Assembly (NCBI GenBank): GCA_018985225.1
Contig: JADGIF010000347.1
Span: forward strand, 1 to 10,402
Direction of reading: 5' to 3'
Origin: Amoeboradix gromovi X-113
Lineage: Eukaryota; Fungi; Sanchytriomycota
DNA length: 10,402 bases
This document shows, piece by piece, positions 1-7,752 of the stretch. A program made the translations under genes and the position numbers. The notes under the pieces were generated by a model. The model ran no database searches and was not told where the DNA came from. It worked only from the letters and a program-made list of their open reading frames with translations. Numbering within the stretch: position 1 is the stretch's first letter; the number at the start of each line of letters is the position of its first letter.

Positions 1-336
1 TTAATCCTAGTATATTAATTTTATCTAATCTCAACACGGACTCGACTCAATGAATACTCTGACTACTAGGGTAACTTGACTTGGCATGGTGTATTTAATA
101 AATATATTTATTTTAAAATGAACAAAATTTGCCAATCTACTTGTATCATTCAAAAGAATCCTTTTTATCTTCCGACTTCTCTTATCTTTGAGTAAATTGT
201 AGTAAGCCACAATCCATTTGTACAATCTTCTACAATAATGATTTTGAAATATAGATCTTCACCCTTGACTACCCAAATGCTACAAAAGCGGCGCCATATC
301 AGTATTTTGTTGACTAAATTAATATACTAGGATTAA
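1..336. mobile_element. Putative piggyBac-like MITE: element 5..332, 17-bp TIRs, TTAA at both flanks
   Basis: 1-21 (TTAATCCTAGTATATTAATTT) is the perfect reverse complement of 316-336. It reads as a TTAA target duplication plus TIR TCCTAGTATATTAATTT, similar to the T. ni piggyBac end TTAA-CCCTAG. No intact transposase inside. The left flank is cut by the window edge. Confidence 0.55.
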
Positions 337-465
337 TACCACACGGATCGTGTCAATTTAATCTCACTGACCTAGACTGGGTTGGGATCAATATAAAATT
401 ACATTTTAGTACAATCCAGAGTTTCACCTACTCGTTTTCCAACATGAATTGGTAAAATTTGTATA

Positions 466-1317
466 ATGTTAATTTCTAAGAGGGACTGCATACCGACTCT
501 GTTGGACAGCAGGTTTTTCATAACGCGGATGAACCAAAACAATGAAACTTGCGTTGAAGCAGGAATTAAAATTCATCGAAAGGAGCCGAACAATTGGATG
601 CAGACCTACAGAAGATTGAAGGAGTACAGAAAGAACCACCTGGCACCCGTGGACTCAATGGGGTGTGCTGAGCTTGGTGAGGGAACGGAGAAGATCAAGA
701 GATTCCAAACTCTGCTAGCGCTAATGCTATCGCCACAGACGCGAGATGAAATGACAGCCAGGGCGATGAGTCAAGTACGGGAGTACTGCAGAGCTGAGTT
801 CGATGAGGAGCTAGATCTGAGGGCAGTCAGGAACACGAAGCAGAGCGATCTGGAGGAATGCATCAAGTGTGTCGGCTTTTACAGAACCAAATCAAAAAAC
901 ATCAAGGCGATGGCAGAGATACTGCATGCAAGCGCAAGCCAAGATGTCCCAAACACTTACGAAGGACTAGTAGAGCTTCCAGGCGTCGGTCCCAAGATTG
1001 CATATTTGTGTCTGCAGTATGCATGGAATAGAATGGACGGAATAGGTGTGGATGTGCATGTTCACAGGATATCTAACCGGCTGAACTGGGTGAAATCGAA
1101 GAATCCGGAAGATACCCGCAAACAGCTGGAGCATTTTCTACCGCAGGAGCATTGGCAGGATGTTAACACTATATTGGTGGGATTCGGCCAGACTGTGTGC
1201 AATGCAAGAAGGCCGACATGTGGGGAATGTCCTGTCAGCGAGCTTTGTCCAAGCGCTAACTTGCAGAAAGTAGGTACCATTATAAAGTCGAAGAGACTGA
1301 GTAAGAAGATGCTCTAG
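466..1317 (+). CDS. NTH1: Endonuclease III-like DNA glycosylase/AP lyase (NTH1/NTHL1); true start may be ATG 529
   Basis: PNNW..APVDSMGC, LMLSPQTRD, HhH motif LPGVGPKIA with catalytic K, GIGVDVHVHRISNRL, [4Fe-4S] motif C-x6-C-x2-C-x5-C (CNARRPTCGECPVSELC), basic C-terminal tail. Confidence 0.96.
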   Translation: MLISKRDCIPTLLDSRFFITRMNQNNETCVEAGIKIHRKEPNNWMQTYRRLKEYRKNHLAPVDSMGCAELGEGTEKIKRFQTLLALMLSPQTRDEMTARAMSQVREYCRAEFDEELDLRAVRNTKQSDLEECIKCVGFYRTKSKNIKAMAEILHASASQDVPNTYEGLVELPGVGPKIAYLCLQYAWNRMDGIGVDVHVHRISNRLNWVKSKNPEDTRKQLEHFLPQEHWQDVNTILVGFGQTVCNARRPTCGECPVSELCPSANLQKVGTIIKSKRLSKKML

Positions 1318-1344
1318 TAAAGGATTTATATGATACACTAATAA

Positions 1345-1465
1345 ATTGGTTTCTAAATATGCGCCTCTACTACAAGGAAGTCAATCAGCACACGTCTGCT
1401 GTCCGCCCAATTACTTACAGATCGATTTGACGACCCCCCACTGATTGGATGCATATCCTATAAAT
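1345..1465 (+). promoter_or_regulatory. Putative Pol II promoter with CCAAT boxes and TATA box
   Basis: ATTGG at 1345-1349 and 1444-1448, CCAAT at 1407-1411, TATAAAT at 1459-1465, all upstream of ATG 1489. Motif match only. Confidence 0.4.
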
Positions 1466-1488
1466 GCCATAATGGCCCATAAGCTACA

Positions 1489-2214
1489 ATGATTCAGAAC
1501 CATCTAAGCAGGGATGCCTCAACCAGCACAGAGAGACCAGAAAATCCAGCAAACTTGGCAGCGAGAATGGAGAATGGGACACGAGTGATGAAGTCTACAG
1601 GCTGTATGCCCATGCCAAGAATTGAGCCCGATGCTGCTGAAAGCACTAGCTCCAAAGCAATCTATGCAACGGATACTGCTCAATCCGAGACCGCCAAGAG
1701 CGAGTTTATGATTGTTGACTTGATGGACCAGATGATGTTCTCCATACAGCAGATGGGAGCTCTGCTGCAGCCAGAAATGGAGCAGCAGTGCCTGTCCAGC
1801 CTTCTGGCCAAAGACATGCTTCTGGAGCTGGTGAGCAAAGAGCTGTTCGACCGTGAGCTGCAGATAAAGCTTTATGCCATGGAGGTGGATTACTACAAGG
1901 CCAAAGTCAGCTCAGAGATGGTAAAGCTTGAAAACAGAAAGCTTGATTTTAAGGATATTGAGATGCAGAACGAGATCTGTGCCAAAGACTTGCAGCACAA
2001 TGATCTGATCATCATGGAAACAGAGCAGCAACGACAAGTAGCGAAACTAGCACAGATACTGTACGATGACGAAGACGCAGTGGATGAATGCTTGGCCAAC
2101 TACAAAGATCTTTATGCATTTGTTGATGTACCTAATATGTTCATAAGAAACGCGAACATGGTTATCGGAAAGGATGCCAACGATGTGTATGATATGGTCC
2201 CAACGAATGAATAA
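1489..2214 (+). CDS. Hypothetical acidic, Met-rich, predicted coiled-coil protein (241 aa); start uncertain
   Basis: Uninterrupted ORF with coding-like composition, E/K/Q/L-rich helical middle, stop overlapped by AATAAA. No family recognised. Confidence 0.7.
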   Translation: MIQNHLSRDASTSTERPENPANLAARMENGTRVMKSTGCMPMPRIEPDAAESTSSKAIYATDTAQSETAKSEFMIVDLMDQMMFSIQQMGALLQPEMEQQCLSSLLAKDMLLELVSKELFDRELQIKLYAMEVDYYKAKVSSEMVKLENRKLDFKDIEMQNEICAKDLQHNDLIIMETEQQRQVAKLAQILYDDEDAVDECLANYKDLYAFVDVPNMFIRNANMVIGKDANDVYDMVPTNE

Positions 2215-2485
2215 ATTATATTTGCTCAACTATCATGTGGCTTCTCTTTAAATGTTGGTTGTTTAGATCTATTTCAAACAACAGTCGCTATTCAGCCGAG
2301 ATAAGATGTTATATACTCAAACTCAATGCTGGCATGAGTAGTTATTTTAAGATTTTTACCTCTTTTGTCCAATTCGAGTTACAGGCTTGTTTCGTATTTG
2401 TTTGTTCATAGCTATCATGTGACCAATTTATCTTGGCTTTTTGAATATGATACCGTCCACTCTTCAGGCCAAAAACATTTATTTT

Positions 2486-3046
2486 ATGGATCTTCTTTCT
2501 ATTTTGAACCCAACTCACTCTGTAAATGCGGAAACTTGTGAAGTCTGTGGTAAACAATTTCAAAAGAAATGCACAAAACTGCGCCATATTAGAAATGTGC
2601 ACGCATTGCACTCTCCATGTGAATTCTGCCTTAAAGGTTTAAAGCTAAACAGCAGACCATATGCGTATAAAACACATTTATTGCGATGCAGTGTATTTCT
2701 AAGCAATTTTTCGCACCTTGAGTTAAGCCAAAAAATAGAAAAAGCCGAATACCACAGTATGAAATTAAGACAAAAACCTAAAAAAATCTTTAAGGAGGAG
2801 TTTAAGGTCCAAGAGCAAAGTCCTACCGAGGATAGAAAATTTCAATTTCCGCAAATTCGAAAGAAGCCTGATTTACAACAGTCAGTGTACAGTTATAGCC
2901 CAGTAAAGCAAAAATTTAGAATTAAAACACCAACTGATCACTACAGAGTATCTCAGATGAGAAGCATGCCAGCTTACTCTTTGAGTGTCCCAATTTTATG
3001 CAGGGATTTACTGGTAACGAATAGACATGTATATAATAATAAATAG
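2486..3046 (+). CDS. C2H2/C2HC zinc-finger protein, putative transcription factor (alternative ATG 2447)
   Basis: CEVCGKQFQKKCTKLRHIRNVH fits C-x2-C-x12-H-x4-H; second atypical finger CEFC...HLLRC; basic NLS-like KLRQKPKK. Confidence 0.8.
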   Translation: MDLLSILNPTHSVNAETCEVCGKQFQKKCTKLRHIRNVHALHSPCEFCLKGLKLNSRPYAYKTHLLRCSVFLSNFSHLELSQKIEKAEYHSMKLRQKPKKIFKEEFKVQEQSPTEDRKFQFPQIRKKPDLQQSVYSYSPVKQKFRIKTPTDHYRVSQMRSMPAYSLSVPILCRDLLVTNRHVYNNK

Positions 3047-3060
3047 TTGTTAATTCTTTA

Positions 3061-3540
3061 TTAAAAAATTCTTAATGATCCATATTTGGCATAGTATTCT
3101 TCGTTGTACCATTCCCCCTTATTTGCAAGCTCAACAACTTTTTCATCTATTTCTGGAAAAGCCTTTTCAACATCTTTTAAAGTTAATTGCTCAACAGGTA
3201 CTGCAGTTTTTATGTCCTGTAAACAAGTTTCAAATTTCTTCAAATTTCCACTCACAACTTTTTCAGTCTCGTTTGCACGGTTCATTGCTACTTTCTCATA
3301 GGCCTCAATATTCTTTAAAGCAATACTAGTATCAAAAGTCTTAGGCTTGAAAGAAGTGAAAGCTTTCTCAGCTTGTTTAACATGTTTTCCATACTCGCCA
3401 GATTTGGGAGCAAAGTCCAATTTTAGATTTAACTGCGATCGTAATTGGATCACTCTTTGTTTTACGGCTTGATGCTGCTTAAGAAACCCAAATAATTCTG
3501 TAGCTACCTGTGGCTTCAGTGCACTCGCAATCTTATCCAT
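3061..3540 (-). CDS. ATP7: Mitochondrial F1Fo ATP synthase subunit d; 5' end unresolved (possible ATG 3566)
   Basis: Collinear with yeast Atp7 as recalled: FKPKTFD..LKNIEAYEKVAMNRANETEKVVSGNLK, PVEQLTLKDV..PEIDEKVVELANKGEW..Y..KYGSL. Confidence 0.9.
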   Translation of the reverse strand: MDKIASALKPQVATELFGFLKQHQAVKQRVIQLRSQLNLKLDFAPKSGEYGKHVKQAEKAFTSFKPKTFDTSIALKNIEAYEKVAMNRANETEKVVSGNLKKFETCLQDIKTAVPVEQLTLKDVEKAFPEIDEKVVELANKGEWYNEEYYAKYGSLRIF

Positions 3541-3692
3541 TTCGAGATGACTTGTTTTATCCCCATCTTGTCAATTTTTTGAAAAGAGAGACCGATCCAA
3601 TATGAAGACGACTTGCCATGAGTAACTGAATATCTAGTTCAGTCCAAATTATTTATTTGATTGTATTATGTTTTGGTAAATTGTCTGCAACA

Positions 3693-5016
3693 ATGTCAGA
3701 TCTCAAGGGCAGCGAACATCGTGAGTCTATTCGAAGGCTCTCTTTAGATGCAGAGGATGTTGACATTCAATTTCTCTATCGGCCCCATTCTCTTAGCGTA
3801 TTAATACTGGTACTTATAGCTCTTGGATGGCTGGCTTTTCATCCATTTGAGACTCTCGAGAATGTCAAATATGGACTTTTATCCAGTGCCTTGATTTTTA
3901 TAGTTTTCGGAATGGTTCAGTTTAAAAATGGTCCATTTATTCGCCCTCATCCTGTGGTTTGGAGGTGTGTCTTGGCGATTGCCATTATTTATTTGCAGTT
4001 GTTAATTTTCACCTTGAGTCAATCCAAAGATGATATTATGGTGCTTTTAAATGCATACGATCCCAAACTTGGTGTGCCTTTGGTAGAGCGTAGTTATGGA
4101 GATTCTTGTGACCTAAGCTTTGACAACATTTATCGTCAAATGGACATATTCGTAATTGCTCATGCTTTGGGATGGTTTTTTAAGGCTATATTGCTTCGAG
4201 ATTATTTTCTTTGCTGGGTTTTATCTATAAGCTTTGAATTATTAGAATACTCATTGGAACACCAATTGCCCAACTTTAAAGAATGTTGGTGGGATCATTG
4301 GATATTGGACGTCCTGCTATGCAACTACCTGGGAATTGTAATCGGAATGAAAGCTTGTCATTATTTTGAGCTGAAAGGCTATGAATGGCGAGGAATATCG
4401 AAAATTGAATCCATCAAAGGTAAACTATACCGGTCATTTCAGCAATTCACACCCCATTCTTGGACAAGGTTTGATTGGCATTTTACAGACTCGTTTCGCA
4501 ACTACATCGGATTGCTGCTAATCTCTGCAATTGTGTTGCTGACCGAGTTAAATGCATTTTATTTGAAGTTTGTCCTTCATATACCACCAGAACATTTTCT
4601 GAATACTCTTAGATTGCTGGTTATATATTTAATGGCGGTTCCAGCCGTTCGCGAAGCTTATCATTATTTAAATGAGCCAACGTAATAAACACTAATTTAG
4701 CTCAAGAATGGGTCCAAATGCATGGGTAATGATGGCATCTATAACTGCAGAACTACTGATTGTTATCAAGTTTGGAAGAGGAATGTTTCCACGACCATTC
4801 CCTGTCCATGTGGTTATTGGGTGGGCAATATTCATCTGTTTGCTGGTTGGATTTGCTATTTACAAATTCATTATACTTGCTGCAATGAACACTCCTGATA
4901 CAGATCAAGAAGAACTAATAAATGATCCAAGCACTGAATTTAATGACCAATATATTACTAAAAAGAAAAAGCAGTCCAGAGCTCTTCGAAAGAGAAAGGC
5001 ATCTTATAATAAATAA
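3693..5016 (+). CDS. PTDSS2: Base-exchange phosphatidylserine synthase (PTDSS1/2 family); join(3693..4681,4701..5016), 434 aa
   Basis: GPFIRPHPVVWR, LGVPLVERSYG..C, HALGWFFKA, FELLEYSLEHQLPNFKECWWDHWILDVLLCN, ELNAFYLKFVL. Removing 4682-4700 fuses the two track ORFs in frame (NEPT-SR-MGPNAW). Confidence 0.93.
4682..4700 (+). other. 19-nt spliceosomal intron (phase 2), GTAATAAACACTAATTTAG
   Basis: GT...AG with branch-like CTAAT directly before TTAG. Contains an in-frame TAA, and excision restores the PSS frame. Confidence 0.85.
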
Positions 5017-5035
5017 ACTCATTCTTACAGATAAT

Positions 5036-7624
5036 TTACTGTTTGGATGCCACAGATTCATTCTCTCGTTTTTCGGTTCTTGTTCTTGTAAAAATTGGAT
5101 TTATATTTTTAGACAAGGTTTGAAGATATGATACTATCTTTGTAGGCTGGAGGCCGGTCACATTTTTATTCCACCCAACCATTGAAAACACTATAAGCAA
5201 GTACAGTAATAAGCAGCTCATACTTAACAATCCATATATTGCCTCACTTGTAACTTCAAGCGGCAGAGTAAAAAATAAGTCCACGCAACTAAATACAAGT
5301 AGAAGGACGGATGGCTTTAGCGGCAGCAACTTTGATTCCTCTAAGAACACAGACATTGAGAATCGCAAGACCACTAAAATGCGAATACACCCAAAAGTAA
5401 TTGTTACATATGGGTTGGTATATATCAATAAGCTTACCAAGGTGATTATGAGAGTGGGAAACAATACACAAAGTACGCTAATCCACCATGTTATCTTCAT
5501 GTTTGAGAATCGAGTCAATAAAGATCCATTTATGGGTCTTTCGATAATGAAGAATATTCGCAAGTAGTAAGCAATGAAAGAAAGAGTAGACATCCACATT
5601 CCTGATTCCTTACAAATGTTGCGGATCCAAAAGAATCCTCTAGTGTTAAATACCAGGCCACAACATGCAATAAAAATGCCAGACAATAAAAAAGAAATCA
5701 GTAAAATACTGAACTGTCTGATCGTGGGTTTATTTTTAAATATAAGGCAGAGGATGTAAACTATAATCGCTAAACCTCCAATAATCAAGCCCATTATGAT
5801 GGATGCATCAAAGCCTTCATCAGCAATTACCGCGAATCTCTCACTTAGGTTTGGGTTTATTAGAGTTTTATCAGCTGGCCCATGTGCCACAGCGTTTTCA
5901 AAGTCATGAGAGTTTAAAGTGGTACTAGTAGCGCTTGCATTAAATGAAAACTGCTTGAAAGTAGAATATGTAACATAAAGTACTGATTCACTGTAGCTGC
6001 TCAATACACTACTGGGTGCTCTTCGCAATACAGACTTATTTTGAGTCCCGATTACTGAGGGAATCTTATGCGTGAATTCAACACTAGAAATCGGGTCAGG
6101 ATCAGCGGCCATATATTCATAGACATCGCCACAACTAGATGTGTTTTGCAAAGGAGTGCACGATGTTTTGCCGACATCCGTGGATGTGGACGAAGCTAAG
6201 GTGCGTAGGTCAGTCGACAAGCTTGTTAAGAGCAAAGTCTCTGAAATTGATGCTATCGGAATGGAACTTAAGAGCACAGTCTCTGAAATTGATGCTATCG
6301 GAATGGAACTTAAGAGCACAGTCTCTGAAATTGATGCTATCGGAATAGAACTCAATACCACAGTCTCTGAGTTTGGTGCTACCGGAATAGAACTGTCTAT
6401 CGATTCTTCCACAAGCTCTGTTGTGCTGGGTTCGAAATGGTAATTGGTGGTTGAAATTGATTCCAAGTTATTTTCACTGGAAATAGAGCTACTTAGAATA
6501 CTAGTGCTTGAGTACACTGTACTAGCTATCGTAGGCAACCCATCAGTGCGTAGCTGAAATTTACATTTTCTAACATTTAGATCGGCCACGTCATTCAGGG
6601 AAAAAAGATTCAGATCTAAAGTACAATTAGTAGTGCTAAAGAACGTTGATGTACTGACAATAAAAGCATTTATAAAGAAATTATTGGAGGCTGCCAATCC
6701 CAGGTACCCAGCCGGAGAGCTGCCCAGCTTCAAGCTGCTAACAGTTAAAACCCCAGAAAACGAATTGCCACTAATCCAAAGCACCTGCAAGTTGGGAAGG
6801 GTTAAGTTGACGTTTCCTGTAAGTTTGTTGTTGTTGAGCATAATCATTTCCATTGTATTCGGAAAAACAGGAAGATTTCCAGAGAATTGATTACCGTTGG
6901 CTATAAAATTGATCATGTTTGGAGGAATTGCAGGAATAGAACCATGTATGCTATTTGAACTGATCCTTATGGATAACAATGAGAGAGGCAGTGCGGGTAT
7001 TGTTCCAGTCAATGAGTTACCATAGGCATGGAAGTTATTTAAACTTGAGTAGAGGGAAAGGTCTGGTATCTGACCTGATAAATGATTAAATTCTATATCG
7101 ATATCTTTAAGAGACAGTGGCAAATAAGGAAGTGGAGCGGATACTCCAATGTATCTTATCCAAAACCTTGTAATTCCAGGTGGCAACGATGGGATATACG
7201 TGGTGTTGATCAAATTGGTATTGACGCCGGGCACGTTGAAGACTGCTGAAATCAAGCTGGACGATAAAGTTGGCAATACTGAAAAAATATTGTCAGCGGC
7301 GTCCAACGATTTGAGATTTACAGCCAATGTCATGTTAACTATCCCGGTTATTTTATTGCTATTCAATAAAATATTGGTCATCTGATCAACCATGGGGATT
7401 TTATAAAAATCGATAACACCACTGATATCTAGATTTGATAAGCTGACAGTGTAATCTGTTGAATTATACAAGGCGACGAAATTATCGCTATATATATCAG
7501 TACATTTGGACGCAGAATAAGCAGTGTTCGCGTTCAAACTATTATAGAATACTTGGAAATCACTACAAAAAGTGTTGATATTCACTGCAGTGATACAAAA
7601 GACTTGGAGTAGTAAGATTAGCAT
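5036..7624 (-). CDS. Receptor-like protein: signal peptide, LRRs, Ser/Thr-rich stalk, 7TM domain resembling class C GPCR (862 aa)
   Basis: Hydrophobic N-terminus; LRRs NHLSGQIPDL, NSLTGTIPAL, NQFSGNLPVF; S/T stalk; seven hydrophobic segments at about 5170-5800 with class C-like KPTIRQFS, C....W....F...LRIFFI and FLEESKLL. Confidence 0.8.
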   Translation of the reverse strand: MLILLLQVFCITAVNINTFCSDFQVFYNSLNANTAYSASKCTDIYSDNFVALYNSTDYTVSLSNLDISGVIDFYKIPMVDQMTNILLNSNKITGIVNMTLAVNLKSLDAADNIFSVLPTLSSSLISAVFNVPGVNTNLINTTYIPSLPPGITRFWIRYIGVSAPLPYLPLSLKDIDIEFNHLSGQIPDLSLYSSLNNFHAYGNSLTGTIPALPLSLLSIRISSNSIHGSIPAIPPNMINFIANGNQFSGNLPVFPNTMEMIMLNNNKLTGNVNLTLPNLQVLWISGNSFSGVLTVSSLKLGSSPAGYLGLAASNNFFINAFIVSTSTFFSTTNCTLDLNLFSLNDVADLNVRKCKFQLRTDGLPTIASTVYSSTSILSSSISSENNLESISTTNYHFEPSTTELVEESIDSSIPVAPNSETVVLSSIPIASISETVLLSSIPIASISETVLLSSIPIASISETLLLTSLSTDLRTLASSTSTDVGKTSCTPLQNTSSCGDVYEYMAADPDPISSVEFTHKIPSVIGTQNKSVLRRAPSSVLSSYSESVLYVTYSTFKQFSFNASATSTTLNSHDFENAVAHGPADKTLINPNLSERFAVIADEGFDASIIMGLIIGGLAIIVYILCLIFKNKPTIRQFSILLISFLLSGIFIACCGLVFNTRGFFWIRNICKESGMWMSTLSFIAYYLRIFFIIERPINGSLLTRFSNMKITWWISVLCVLFPTLIITLVSLLIYTNPYVTITFGCIRILVVLRFSMSVFLEESKLLPLKPSVLLLVFSCVDLFFTLPLEVTSEAIYGLLSMSCLLLYLLIVFSMVGWNKNVTGLQPTKIVSYLQTLSKNINPIFTRTRTEKRENESVASKQ
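6226..6393. repeat. Coding tandem repeat, 4 x 42 bp (14 aa, SETVLLSSIPIASI)
   Basis: Unit TTAAGAGCACAGTCTCTGAAATTGATGCTATCGGAATGGAAC at 6226, 6268 and 6310 (near-identical) and 6352 (diverged). Confidence 0.95.
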
Positions 7625-7752
7625 TGTGGCTTGATCTTGAATGTTAGGAAATAAAGACCTATTTGTCTCAACTCCAACTAGCTCAAGTGTTATTGCAGTT
7701 CTAGGTGATCAATGGACAAATGAGTTGATCTTTTTAATCATGGCATAATTTA

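Noticed and set aside
31-225. 64-aa ORF or transposase remnant inside the MITE
   Set aside because: Non-ATG start and no recognisable catalytic motif; only a vague resemblance
314-327. 14-nt intron-like GTATATTAATTTAG (minus strand) overlapping the right TIR, suggesting an Introner link
   Set aside because: Not within a supported gene, a different length, the left end lacks the AG, and chance is likely in AT-rich DNA
4683-4707. TAA/TAG-to-Gln recoding (as in Amoeboaphelidium protococcarum) or readthrough explaining the split ORFs
   Set aside because: The downstream ORFs are in a different frame, and TAA/TAG end every gene at sensible positions
4708-5016. Independent 102-aa gene (likewise 7753..8109)
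   Set aside because: Both are the C-termini of PSS and ZIP4 and join in frame through 19-nt GT-AG introns
6226-6393. CRISPR-like array
   Set aside because: No unique spacers, in-frame coding repeat, eukaryotic context
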